A stretch of DNA of 64,000 nt from Felis catus (GCF_018350175.1 NC_058373.1:101496001-101560000), one strand, 5' to 3'. Positions 25,046 to 37,952 are shown, counted from the first letter of the stretch. Notes: generated by a model from the sequence alone, not told the origin. Translations and numbers: made by a program.

Positions 25046-26482
25046 AAGAAACACACTTATGTGAAACAAAGATTAATACCATGTTGGCACAAAGAGATTG
25101 CCCTTGTGCTTCAACAACCCCCGTGAATGAAGTTAACACCTTTTGTCCACTCCAGCCCTAAATATCAACCACCTAGTTCTAAGTTAAGCACAGCATGATT
25201 TCTATGGCTACCTCTGGCAACTTCTTTTAGAGGTGAAACCCAAAGAAATGACTAGCTAATTAGCAAGAATCTAATTCAGATATGCCAAGAAAGAAATATT
25301 ATACATTAGTATTTATTGCCATTGCACTTTTTAAATAAACACAGTGAGATACTGTTTCCGACTACACTTCCCTTGCAGAATTACAAAATTGTGGTTTCAC
25401 TGCCAGATTTAAACATGAGAGGAGAAACAGCTCAGTGGGTCTATAAACAGACGCTCAAAGATTATTGTGGGATCAAAGGACCCAAATACGGGGAGAGCTC
25501 CTGGAAGTACCCACCTGGCCACTATCTGCCCAAAACTTGGTAACAGAAGGTAGATGATAGGGGTTGCTTAGCAGCTGTTGTTTTAAAAACAAAAACCTGT
25601 CTCTTGCACATTTCATCCTTAATTCTTGACAAAGAGAAATGCCAAAAAACTTGACTCTGCTGGGGGTGGGATTAAAATGGAGTGTCAACTTTATCTTTTA
25701 AATGTCCTGTTTCCAGATAAGCCAGACCCTTAAGAGTATCCAAATATGTGATTACAAGTCCATCAGTTCTCTCTCTCTCTCTCTCTCTCTCTTTTTCCCT
25801 CTAGGGAAAAAATAACCTTCACAAAACAACTTCATATGTGTTAGCTATTTGGGGTGAAATTTCCCTTAATTAACATCTATCTGAACCAAAAAAACAAATT
25901 ATACAGAAGGTATTATAAAACTTCAGGAAATAGATATTTCCCTTGGAGAAGGTCTTAAGTGTTATGCTGTTGTAGGGACCAGACAGGAGTGGGTGGATCC
26001 CCCCAGGAAGCCAGTATTCCTTTTGCCTGGGAGAGACGGGAGGTGGGGACCTGATCTTCTGCTCTCCTTCCTTGCTACACTCACTGGCCTCCTTCTGCCT
26101 CCTTCTGAGTAGAATTCCAAATCCAAAATTTAGTAGGGCTTTTCTACTTAGAACCCCCTCTTCAAAGATATCCCCAAGAAACCAATAGATGCTCACACAG
26201 GACTACAAAATTGTTAAGGCAAGTAAGTGAAAATTTGACTGAACATATAAATGTCCCATTTTATATAGTTTCTGGGATAAATCTTAAATGCTATTCAGGC
26301 ATAAAACTTTGTTGTTTGGGGCTTCCTAGGATCTAAAGTATGGATGTCAAGCAGGCATCTGCTATCCCTTACCTACCACAAAACATAATACTAAATTGGA
26401 TCAATTTCTGAATGACCCCTTAAAAGTAATAAAATATATTTTAAAATGTGAAACAAAAATGATAAATTAAAAAATGATTCCT

Positions 26483-26689
26483 GGGGCACCTGGGTGGCTC
26501 AGTCGGTTGGGCATCCAACTCTTGGCCTTGGCTCAAGTCATGATCTCATAGTTCCACAGCTTCAAGACCTGCATCGGGCTCCAAGTGTGGAGCCTGCTTG
26601 GGATTCTCTGTCTCCCCTTCTCCCTGCCCCTCACCCACTTGCGCTGTCTCTATCTCTCTCAAAATAGACTAATAAACTTGAAAAAAAAA
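26483..26689 (+). mobile_element. Can-SINE (older subfamily)
   Basis: ggggcacctgggtggctcagtcgg head, gcctgcttgggattctct body, A tail. Confidence 0.95.
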
Positions 26690-27081
26690 CAACTATTCCT
26701 GTGACTCTTTGACACTCTTAGTCAAACATCTCGCAAAGAATGAAGCAATTTTCAGAAAGATTCTTCACTAGAAAAATGTCAGCTTTAACTCAAAAGTTAA
26801 CCCCAGACCTCATACATTCCAAATTTCCTTCTGACAAGCAGAAATGAGAAAAATTTGTCCACATAATTCTGGAGGAGGAAAACCTGGTATAAACTTATCC
26901 ACATATCTTCAGTAATAGCCCCCCAAAACAAAGTGAAGAATGGGTTTAATATTTACAGTGCTCTTACTTTCTGAAGTCACAGGTAGAAACAAAAATGTAC
27001 CATACCAAACCCCTACATAAAATTCCCAAGGGATTGAGATCAAAGCTAAGAAAAGTAATAGATAGAGCAGAGGTCTCTCAC

Positions 27082-27123
27082 ACACCACCACCACCACCAC
27101 CACCACCACCATCAACACCACCA
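27082..27123. repeat. (CAC)n trinucleotide microsatellite
   Basis: Direct inspection. Confidence 0.95.
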
Positions 27124-27219
27124 GTTTCACAATTGCCCATTTATGTATTCAGCAAGCATTCATCAAGAATTCATTGAGCATCTCCTGTATGCCCAGTAGA
27201 GTGTCAGGAACTGCATTTA

Positions 27220-27700
27220 AACAGTGTTATCAGTGACAACTTTGAGTTACAAACAGCAGAATCCATGCTGGCAAGTTTAAATGGCAAAAAAAAAAAAAAA
27301 AAAAAAAAAAGGAACGGATGAAACAGCACTACATATCTCAGGAATCTCCAGAAGGGCCAGGAAGCCAAACCCTGAAGCTACACAGCCAGGAATGATGCTC
27401 AGCCACAGCATAGGGATGGCTCTAAGGAAAACACCACTGCACCAATACTCAGGACTGGAGGCCAGGAAATACGCCACTGTCAATGCCCCTGCGTATCTCC
27501 ACCATCAATTTTAGCAAAAGATTGGTTCCCTCCCACGTGCCATCTCCCGCATCTTACTTCCAAATCTAACCTAGGATAGGCCCTGTCACAGAGCCCAGGT
27601 CAGAGGCCTGTCCCCTGGCCACAAAGTAGCCTGAGATATGCATTTTCTGACTTCCATATTGAAAAGGTAAGCGATCACCAAAAGTTTGGGTGACCATAAG
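27220..27700. mobile_element. Old MLT1-type LTR
   Basis: gttacaaacagcagaatccatgctggcaagttta...ggaagccaa...cctaggataggcc resembles MLT1K/L-like elements; low similarity. Confidence 0.4.
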
Positions 27701-28256
27701 TGTTCACTGTAAGATATGACAGTCTGACAATATAATAGTATATAAACATAAACAAAAATAAAAATCTATAGGCAGTGATTACCAACATCATGCAGACATT
27801 CCTAAACATGATCTAATAAAAAATTTATGTTAAGCAATATACATATGATTTATCTGGCTTGAGCTTCTCTTCCCTAAAGGGTTATTTTCTCTGCCTTTTT
27901 GCATAGTTTTATACTTAACATGAGTCAGTCTAGTCATTAGGTTCAGTAAAAAGAAAGCCAATTATATTTTAAAACATGGATTAAATATTTACATGCTAGA
28001 TCTAGACTTTTGCATGTGGCATGGTAGCAAAGAAAATAGACTCTGGATTCAAATTCCAAGTCCACCATTATTAGCTGTGTGTCTTTACTTCCCTACACCT
28101 TAGTTTCTGCTTCTGCTGTACCTACTATATACAATTGTTTAGGAACATTAAAAAAGAAACAAGCATAGTACAGTTCTAAGCGCTGTTGGATGTTATCCAA
28201 CCACTATTTAATCTTTACAGTGACATCACACACTGGCATTGTTATTCCTGTTTGAA

Positions 28257-28466
28257 TTTTTTTTTAACGTTTATTTATTTTTGAGACAGAGAGAGACAAA
28301 GCATGAATGGGGGAGGGTCAGAGAGAGGGAGACACAGAATCTGAAACAGGCTCCAGGCTCTAAGCTGTCAGCACAGAGACCGACGCGGGGCTTGAACTCA
28401 CGGACCACGAGATCATGACCTGAGCTGAAGTCGGCCGCTTAACAGACTGAGCCACCCAGGCGCCCC
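28257..28466 (-). mobile_element. Can-SINE inserted in a MIR
   Basis: TSD attcctgtttgaa at 28244-28256 and 28467-28479; MIR-like sequence on both flanks. Confidence 0.96.
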
Positions 28467-28619
28467 ATTCCTGTTTGAACTGATAAAAATGGAGAGCTGA
28501 AGTCACATGTCCAAGGTAACACCGGGGTGGTGTTGGAATTTGAATCTCAGTTTTCCAGTATCAAGCATGGACTTTTACTACCACACAGCCTGCTAAGGTT
28601 TAAAAGCCATTACAAAACT

Positions 28620-28818
28620 GGGGCACCTCAGTGGCTCAGTTGGTTAAGCACCTGACTCTTGGTTTTGGCTCTGGTCATGATCTCATGGTTTGTGAGTTTG
28701 AGCCCCATACAGGGCTCTCTGTGCTCTCAGCACAGAGCCTGTCTGGGATTCTCTCTCCCTCCCTCTCTGCCCCCCTCAGCTCACTCTCTCTGTCTCTCTC
28801 TCAAAAATAAATAAACTT
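28620..28818 (+). mobile_element. Can-SINE (host of the next SINE)
   Basis: Canonical; outer TSD aaaagccattacaaa at 28602-28616 and 29135-29149. Confidence 0.95.
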
Positions 28819-28819
28819 A

Positions 28820-28997
28820 GGGGCACCTGGGTGGCTCAGTCAGTTAAGCACCAGGTGGCTCAGTCGGTTAAGCACCCGACTCTTGATTTCGGCTCAGGTC
28901 ACAATCTCACAGTCCATAAGTTCAAGCCCTGCATCGGGCTCCGTGCTGATGGCTCAAAGCCTGGAGCCTGCTTCAGATTCTGTGTCTGCCCCTCTCC

Positions 28998-29049
<52 letters not shown>

Positions 29050-29118
29050 TTCTCTCTCTTTCTCAAAAATAAACAAACGTTTAAAAATTCTTTTTAATAA
29101 TTAATAAATACATAAATA
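28820..29118 (+). mobile_element. Can-SINE inserted in the tail of the previous SINE, A-box region duplicated
   Basis: Flanked by aataaataaactt on both sides; internal repeat ggtggctcagtc(a/g)gttaagcacc. Confidence 0.93.
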
Positions 29119-29547
29119 AATAAATAAACTTTAAAAAAGCCATTACAAATAAGAACTTATAATGGCTCATGTAGGTTCTCAGAAAATCTTCCCTATCCTA
29201 CTAAGCAAAGTTATATTTTTCTCCATTTGCTAGAGAAAAAAAGTATTGAAGCCCAATAAAAGAATGTTCTTTCCCCAAATGGGAAAGAGCTTTAGAGCCC
29301 CAAATATGTAGAACTAGAAGCTTAAACACCAACCATTTTAGTCTCCTGGAACTTATTTCACCCAGGACTATTTCACCTTTCTTCAGGTTTAACCCTGCTT
29401 CCCTTTGCCTCTTTTGTCTTCCATCATTATAGTCAGGACTTGGAGCCAACAGTGAGGCAGCCACAAACTCTAGGTGTTATCCAGGCAAAATGCAAGAGGA
29501 GAGAAAACTTGACAATTGCCCAACTGGCAGCACTCATAGCTATATTA

Positions 29548-29823
29548 GTATTTCCCAAAGAGTATTTCCTGGAACACCTAGTTTCTTGAGATGCTAACAG
29601 ATACTCCACAAAGAAAGTGTTCCTTGGTCAAGTAAATTTAGGGAATGCAGGAGCAAACAAAGTTAAACAGGTTTGCTCAGAACTTTTGATGTGCTAATGA
29701 GCATAGTGAGGCCACAAAATGAGGGTATGGTAAGCAGTGATGATTTTTTCAACCACAAAATCCTTTTTTCCCAAAGAATCAAGTAGGATTAGTGAACCAT
29801 AGGACACATTTGAGAAACACTGA
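29548..29823. mobile_element. hAT-Charlie MITE (MER103C-like)
   Basis: Terminal agtatttcccaaa ... tttgagaaacactg inverted ends and internal aaacaaagttaaacaggttt. Confidence 0.7.
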
Positions 29824-29962
29824 GGGACAAAAAAGATTTGTCATCACAGGAAAAAAAAAAAATGAGATAATTCAAATGTGACAGGAAGCTTCCAACACCA
29901 CCTCAGGGAAGAAGGGATTTGACCCCTGGGCTCAAATATCCAGCTTGCTTGGCATGAATTCT

Positions 29963-30200
29963 TTTTTTTTTTTTTTTTTTAATTTTTTTTTCTTTTTTCA
30001 ATGTTTATTTATTTTTGGGACAGAGAGAGACAGACCATGAACGGGGGAGGGGCAGAGAGAGAGGGAGACACAGAATCGGAAACAGGCTCCAGGCTCTGAG
30101 CCATCAGCCCAGAGCCTGATGCAGGGCTCGAACTCACGGACCGCGAGATCGTGACCTGGCTGAAGTCGGACGCTTAACCGACTGTGCCACCCAGGCGCCC
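29963..30200 (-). mobile_element. Young SINEC_Fc
   Basis: TSD cttggcatgaattct at 29948-29962 and 30201-30215; long T tract. Confidence 0.97.
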
Positions 30201-32179
30201 CTTGGCATGAATTCTGATACTATAGAAGGGCAGGTCAAGTTAAATGATTCAATGCACTCAATATTGATATTGACATGATCACTGCCCATGCTCAACATGC
30301 AACCTTCTGATTGTATTTTAGCTTCCTCTGTAGCCATCCTACAAAGAGAAGTGATGTAAAGCTGATATAAATGCCTGGTGCACTCAAGAATTATATTTCT
30401 TGTTGTAAATTAATACAAATATTCCATCCAGCCAATAAGAGTATCCAGTCAACTTAGCAGATAATTTCTCAGTGTAAGTCAAACCATTGTCACTTGGGAG
30501 TTTTGCGGGCATGAGATAGTCTTTAAGCGTTCTTAGGTACTAACAAAACCAGTTTCCAAGCCTGCAAATGTTAAGGGCAGCTAGAACCTGGGTCCTATTG
30601 CCTTCGCCAAGGAAATGTAACTTCTAGGTACTACATAGGCATCCCTTCGAGGGTTTGTTGTGCTCCTTTAAAAGCAAACATTAAGATCCCTTATGCTTTA
30701 GCTTTGGTTTGCTGCCCCCTATAACCTTAGATTCTTGAATAAATAGCTTTGAAAGGAAAATACAATTTTCCTGATTTGCCTTACTTACCAATGAACATCT
30801 CTAGGGTTCAAGTTTTGAAAGCAGGTACCCAGGTAAGCACAGTTCTCTTACTCTAACCAGCAAAATCTCAACATGCTAAAACCAAATGAACTCTGCAGTG
30901 CCACAAACAGCAAGCATGCATCTCTAATCCTGTGGGCAGGAGTCAATGTTCCATCCTGAACTTGCCAAGCTACAAGTTGGAAAGTCCATGTAAGGAGCCA
31001 GCTCTGCACTGATCAGTTGTCTGTGCCCACAGGGATGCCTGGATTGTGAGTCTCTCCTGGAGAAAGGCGGGGGTGCTGGGGAGATCATTTTCAAGAATAC
31101 ACTTACACTCCTCCTTTGAACAAGCACACCTGTTTTCTCTACTAACTCTGCTGCTTCGGTCACTTATGCTCTAGGGAAAGCAGTTGTAAGAAATAGCAGA
31201 TGCAAAATTTACACCGCAGAGAGCATTCCATGCCTTCAGTTTACAAATTCTGCAGAAAACGACCCAAGTGGTGCAGGACTATTTTATGAACTGTGACCTC
31301 AAGCCGCTCATTGAAAATGCAGTTACTATCAAATTGTTCTTTGCAGATTTCCATTTTAAATGATAAACACATTTTGGGTTAGTTACACTTGAACCAGTCA
31401 CACTTGCATTACAATACTCTTTGCAAAATGTTCATATTGTATAATATTACATTATTGCCTCAATTTTACAGATGGAGAAACTAAGGTACAAGCATCTTGT
31501 CCAAAATTTCTGCAAAATGACACAGAAAATATAAGACTGCTGTCTATTGCAAATGGCAAGATATAAAAGGGAACTACCATAAAGGAGGGTGATTGGAGTT
31601 GTAAAGTTTCTAGTGTGTTCTCTCTGGGCCAGAATCTCCTTTCAGATGGATTTGCCTGGTGAGACTTGCATGAAATCGACCTCTGAGGATAGAGTCTGGC
31701 TCTCTGGTATCATGAATGTTATTATTAAAATGAGAAAAGTGCCCCTTGGCCATTTCTAGTTCAGTGACTCAAAAATGGGGAATACGATTATTCAAAAAGT
31801 ATCAAAGGTAGATAATCCTAGCAAGAGGAAAAAATACAAATTACAAATTGGAAATTGTTTTATTTCTGGGTTTCCAGCAGAAAGGATTCAAACAGGCAGA
31901 GCTTCTGCACACATCAGAGAAGGATCCTGGCTTGGGCAGGTGAATAAAGGGGGAACAGTCCTCAAACAAGGACAAATGAGAGACAGTATGAGAGTGGAGA
32001 ACAGGGGAGGATCCAGGTCTGAAGGCAATGGATGAATAAGAGACTCTTTAAACTATTCATCAATAAGTACAATTGTTTGATTATTTTAAGTAAGGCTTCT
32101 GCATTTAATAAGGAGCACTATGAGTTTAAGAGAGTGTATTTTAATTTCTCCACGTTTACTTCACAACAGACATTTAAAA

Positions 32180-32393
32180 GTTTTTTAACATTTATTTATT
32201 TTTGAGAGACAGAATGGGACCAAGTGTGAGTGGGGTAGGGGCAAAGAGAGAAGGAGACACAGAATCTGAAGCAGGCTCCAGGCTCCAAGCAAGCATTCAG
32301 CACAGAGCCCGATGCAAGGCTGGAACTCACGAACCGTGAGATCATGACCTGAGCCGAAGTCAGATACTTAACCGACTGAGCCACCCAGGCACC
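32180..32393 (-). mobile_element. Can-SINE
   Basis: TSD cacaacagacattt on both sides. Confidence 0.96.
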
Positions 32394-32454
32394 CACAACA
32401 GACATTTTTAAATTCAAGACATGTTTTCAGTATAAAACCTGGCCCTTCTCTCAC

Positions 32455-32620
32455 ATTGGTGGTCCTTCAACCTGGATGCACATCAGACTTACCTGGGGAA
32501 CTTGTTAAAAGTCAATTCAGGACATATCTACTGATTCTGAATTTCCAGGGCTGCTGCCTGGAATTGGCATTTTTTCAATAGTTTCTTGGTCACCGATGTT
32601 ATTTGGAGACTTCTGCCTTA
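32455..32620. mobile_element. MER5-like hAT MITE
   Basis: gtggtccttcaacctggatgcacatcagacttacctggggaacttgttaaaa...ctgattctgaattt...ggaattggcattttt. Confidence 0.6.
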
Positions 32621-33624
32621 GATATGCCAGTATCAGGGTAGCCTGAAAAAGTGTGTGACTGTGGGATCTGACTTACATAGTCCACAGCACCTTCCTTCCT
32701 TCCTTACATAGTCCACAGCACCTTCACAATGTCTCACCAGGGCTCCTTCTCCACCATTTTAGCCCCTCTGCTTGCTGCCCCCTGGAATCTATTCTCCTTC
32801 TTTATGTCCTGTGCCCCCCACATAGTTCATGGGGGATGCTACCCTTCCTGGCTGAAACTATGCTCCTAGCACTCCCTGCCTGGTGAATGCATCCAGAGTG
32901 GGGGAACCCAGGTCACTCTTCTGCCATGGCTGTTGGATGCACCATGTCAGGGGAAGGGCCCTCCTCCCATAAGGTTTAAAATTTTTCATCAAGTCACCAA
33001 AAAACGGCTGCTATGCATTTAAATGATGTTTCCAAAATTTCTTTTCTGCAGGAATTTGGTACCAGTTTTCTTGAGACTCAGGTGGAGAGAGGTGAGGGTA
33101 TCTATCTTTGGACCAAGATGAATAGATAATTTGAGTGATGTCACCCCACGTGATCCTGGGAACCATCCCTCCCTTACCACCTTTACCCCTTCACAGGTAT
33201 CCCCTGCTTTCTCAGGAATAGTGGGGCTGTTCTTATTGGTCTCCTTTGTCAGGCTTTCTTAGGTGGTTCTACAGGCCTCATGGACATATGCTCCTGGCAG
33301 CCTGCTCTAGAATAACCAAATGCCCTAGAGAGCCCACAAAATAATATCTCTCTTTACAAGAGAAATGTCTTCTGATGCTTGACTTCATATACTGCTCTTC
33401 TTCCTAGTGGTATCTGAAAGTGCAGATATATAGTCCCCAAAGACCCTGGGGACCCTTCCAGGTTCTATGTGGCATCTCTCCTCTTCATATCTCTCTCTCC
33501 ACTTTTTCTTGAGAGGTTAGTGCCACAGACCTGTTGTTACACAAACTATTAACAATTGCTTTATGCAAAGGGTTCCATAGTGAAATCTATTTGGGAAACA
33601 CTAGGTTAAAAACAAGTTACTCAG

Positions 33625-33764
33625 TGGCACCTGGATGTGTAAGTCAGTTAAGTGTCTGAATCCGGTTTAGACTCAGGTCATGATCTCACACTTTGTGAGA
33701 TCAAGCCCCACATCTGGCTCTGTGCTGACAGCACAGAGCCTGCTTAGGATTCTCTCTCTCTCTC

Positions 33765-33818
<54 letters not shown>

Positions 33819-33888
33819 CTTTGCTCCTCCCCTACTCATTCTCTCTCTCTCTCTCTCTCTCAAAATAAATAAATAAACTTTAAAAAAA
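33625..33888 (+). mobile_element. Can-SINE (old, long CT tract)
   Basis: Diverged head, (CT)n expansion, aaaataaataaataaac tail. Confidence 0.93.
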
Positions 33889-35281
33889 GGTTACCCAAAT
33901 CCAACAATGGATAAAAAGAATTAAACACAACAACTAAGTGGGATTCATCTCAGGTATGCAAGGCTAGTTTAACACTCAAAAATCAATTAACATAATCTAT
34001 AACATCAATAATTTTAAAAACAAAAATCACACAATTATATCAATAGATACAGAAAAAGCATTTGACAAAATCCGATAGCTGTTCATGACAAAAACCCTCA
34101 GTATACTAGGAATAGAGGGAAACTTGCTCAACTCAGTAAAGAATATCTACAAACACCTACAGCAAACATCTTACTTAGTACTTGAAGCTTTCCCACTAGT
34201 ATTAAGGATGTTTCCTCTCACTACTTTTTTCGATATCTTACTGAAAGTTCGAGCTAATGTAATAAGACAAGAAAAGGAAATAAAAGACATACATATTGAA
34301 AAGAAAAAAATAAAAATGTCTTTGTTCATAGATGACATGATCATCTATGTAAAAAATTTGAAAGAATTTACCAAAAAAATCCTGGAACTTGTAAGCAATT
34401 ATAGCAAGGTTGTAAGGTATAAGGTTAACATACAAAAAGTCAATTGCTTTCCATATGTCAGCAATGAACAAGTGGAATTTGAAATTAAAAACACATTATC
34501 AATTATATTAGCATTCAAAATATGAAATACTTAGGTACACATTTAATGAAGTATGCATTAGATCTACATGACAAAAACTACAAAACTCTGATGAAATCAA
34601 GGAAGAACTAAATGAATGGAGAGATAATTCATGTGCATGGAAGATTCATATTGTCAAGATGTCAGTCCTTCCCAACTTGATCAGTAGATTCTATGCAATC
34701 CCAATCAAAATCCCAGCAAGTTATTTTGTAGATATTGACAAACTAATTCTTAAGTTTATGTGCATATAAGCAAAAGCCCCAAAATAACAACTTAATATTG
34801 AAAGAACAGAATAAAGTTGGAGGACTGACATCTGACTTTAAGACTTATTGTAAATCTACAGTAATCAAGACAGCTTGATAGCAGCAAAGGAATAGACAAA
34901 TAGGTCAATGGAACAAAATAGGGATCCCAGAAATAGAGTCACATAAATATAGTCAATTATCTTTGACAAAGGATAAAAAACAATACAATGGCACAAAGAT
35001 AGTCTTCCCAAAAAATGGTGCTTGAACAACTGGACATCCAGACACACACAAAAAAATAATAATAATCTCAACATAGGCCTTAGACCTTTCACAAAAATTA
35101 GCTCAAAATGGATCACAGACCTAAATATAAAATCCAAAACTATAAAACTCCTAGAAGACAACATTGGAGAAAATCTAGATGACTTTGGGTTGGGCAGTGA
35201 CTTTTTAGATACAACACCGAAGGCATGATCCATGAAAGAAATAATTGGTAAGCTAAACTTCATTAAAATTAAAAACCTCTG

Positions 35282-36179
35282 GATCTCTTTTGCACTGCTG
35301 GTGGGACGGCAAACTGGTGCAGCCACTCTGGAAAACAGTATGGAGGTTCCTCAAAAAACTAAAAATAGAACTACCCTATGACCCAGCAATTGCACTACTA
35401 GGTATTTATCCAAGGGATACAAGTATGCTGTTTTTTTTTTTTTAATTTTTTTTTCAACGTTTATTTATTTTTGGGACAGAGAGAGACAGAGCATGAACGG
35501 GGGAGGGGCAGAGAGAGAGGGAGACACAGAATCGGAAACAGGCTCCAGGCTCTGAGCCATCAGCCCAGAGCCTGATGCGGGGCTCGAACTCACGGACCGC
35601 GAGATCATGACCTGGCTGAAGTCGGACGCTTAACCGACTGCGCCACCCAGGCGCCCCACAAGTATGCTGTTTTGAAGGGACACATGCACCCCAATGTTTA
35701 TAGCAGCACTATCAACACTAGCCAAAATATGGAAAGAGACCAAATGTCTATTGACAGATGAATGGATAAAGAAGATACGGTATATATATACGATGGAGTA
35801 TTACTCAGCAATCAAAAAAAAATGAAATCTTGCCATTTGCAACTATGTGGCTGGAACTAGAGGGTATTATGCTAAGCAAAATTAGTCAGTTAGAGAAAGA
35901 CAAATATCATATGACTTCACTCATATGAGGACTTTAAGACACAGAACAGATGAACATACGGGAAGGGAAGCAAAAATAATATAAAAACAGGGAGGACGAC
36001 AAAACATAAGAGACTCTTAAATATGGAGAACAAACAGAGGGTTACTGGAGGGGTTGTGGGAGGGGGGGATGGGCTAAATGGGTAAGGGGCATTAAGGAAT
36101 CTACTCCTGAAATCACTGTTGCACTATATGCTAATTTGGATGTAAATTTTAAAATAAAATTAAAAAAATAAAAAATAAA
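35282..36179 (+). mobile_element. Younger carnivore/felid L1 3' end inserted in the older L1
   Basis: TSD taaaaacctctg at 35270-35281 and 36180-36191; own 3'UTR and A tail; 3'UTR closely matches 60773-61209. Confidence 0.93.
35431..35657 (-). mobile_element. Young SINEC_Fc nested in the younger L1
   Basis: TSD acaagtatgctgtttt at 35419-35434 and 35658-35673 (overlaps the T tail). Confidence 0.97.
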
Positions 36180-36611
36180 TAAAAACCTCTGCTCTGTGAA
36201 AGACAATGTCAAAAGAATGAGAAGAAAGGGCACAAAATGGGACAAAATATTTGCAAAGACCCATGTGATTGTTATCCAAAGAACTCTTAAAACTCAACAA
36301 GAAAACAAGCAACCTGATTAACAAATGGGCCAAAGATCTTAACAGATACCACACCAAAGAAGATGTATAGATGGTAAATAACCATATAAAAAGTTGTCCC
36401 ACATCATATGTCATCAGGGAAATACAAATTAAAGAATAATGAGATATCACTACATATCTTTTTAGAATGGCCAAAATCCAGAACACTGACAATACGAAAT
36501 GCTAGCAAGAATGTAGAGCAACATGAACTTTCACTCATTGCTAGTGGGAATATAAAGTGATACAGTCACTATTGCAGATAGTTTGGCAGTTCTTATAAAA
36601 TTAAACATAGT

Positions 36612-36811
36612 CTTTTTTTTTAGTTTACGTATTTATTTATTTATTTATTTTGAGAGAGATAGAGCAGGATTGGGGCAGAGAGAGTAGGAGAGAGAGAATC
36701 CCAAGCAGGCTCTGTCAGTTCAGAGCCCAATGCAGGGCTTGATCTCACAAACCATGACATCATGACATGAGCTGAAATCAAGAGTTGGATGCTCAACCCA
36801 CTGAGCCACCC
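36612..36811 (-). mobile_element. Can-SINE nested in the old L1
   Basis: TSD aaaattaaacata on both sides. Confidence 0.95.
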
Positions 36812-37742
36812 AAAATTAAACATATTCTTACCATATGATCTAGCAATTGCACTCCTTGGTATTTACCCAAATGAGCTGAAAACTTACGTCTACAAAACAA
36901 AACCAAACCCCTGCACATGCATGTTTATAGTAGCTTTATTCATAACTTCTAAGACTTGGAAGCAACCAAAATGTCCTTCAATAAATGAGTGGATAAATAA
37001 ACTATGGCACATCCAAACAATGGAATATTATTCAGTGCTAAAGTAAATGAGCTATCAAGCCATGAAAAGATAGTGAGGAACCTTAAATGCATACTACTAA
37101 GTGAAAGAAGCCAAACAAAAAAGACTACATACTATATGATTCTAACTATATGACATTTTGGAAAAGGCAAAATTAAGGAGACAAGAAAAAGGTCAGTGGT
37201 TGCCAGAGATTGGTGGCGAAGGGTGAAAAGGTGGAGCACAGAGGACTTTTAGAGCAGTGAGGTTATGCATGTGTTGGAGCAGGGGGCTTTTTATTATAGA
37301 GCATACTCTCAATTACATTGTTTAATAAAAAATAAGTAATTAGATTAATAGAATAAAATCAAACTAATTTGGGATATTTATACAATTCACCTGATAGAGC
37401 TGGTTTAAGGGGGGAAAAAAATGCAGAGAGACAAAGGAAGTTAGCCCAGGCTAATTGCAAATATTATGTGTCATTGCAAAGGAGCTTTTTAAAAGAAAAT
37501 TTTAAAAAATCATAAATGTTCCATGTGGAGATGCCAACTATTCGTGTAGAGAATGATAAAAAACAAAGCCCTCTAATATTCTGTAAATGACTAACTGTGG
37601 CTTGGGATAAACAGATTTTAAGCATAGCTGTGCCTGAAACAGAGAGGTGAGAACTGTGTGCAGTTTCAACCCATGTTAGAGGACTCAGAAAGAAGGCTTG
37701 GATGTCACAGACATGGTTGAAAAGTTTTAATAAAATGGTTTC

Positions 37743-37952
37743 AGGGTTGCCTGGGTGGTTCAGTTGGTTAAGTGTCTGACTTCAGCTCAGGTCATGATGT
37801 CACAGTTTGTGAGTTCAAGCCCTGCATAGGGCTCTCTGCTGTCAGCACAAAGCCTCACTTTGGATCCTCTCAATCTCTTTCTGCCCCTCCCCCACTCTCA
37901 TACATGGGCATGCGCTCTTTCTCTCTCTCTAAAATAAACATTAAAAAAATTG
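37743..37952 (+). mobile_element. Can-SINE
   Basis: Canonical head, body and tail. Confidence 0.95.

Larger units (their letters stand above)
33895..37260 (+). mobile_element. Decayed eutherian L1 (L1MB/MC-like) ORF2 3' half plus 3'UTR, host to nested inserts
   Basis: ORF 34085-34525 contains the RT motif SLFIDDMIIYV (L1 LFADDMIVY); ORF 35022-35228 has KISSKWITDLNIK..TIKLLEDNIGE; ORF 36789-37046 has CMFIVALF..KTWKQPKCPS. Many stops and frameshifts. Confidence 0.95.

Noticed and set aside
32487..32500. acttacctgg resembling the U1 5' end or a minus-strand splice donor
   Set aside because: Lies within a MER5-like element; only about 10 nt.
34085..34525. 146-aa ORF with a reverse-transcriptase-like motif
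   Set aside because: Decayed L1 ORF2 remnant surrounded by stops and frameshifts; not a functional or novel RT.
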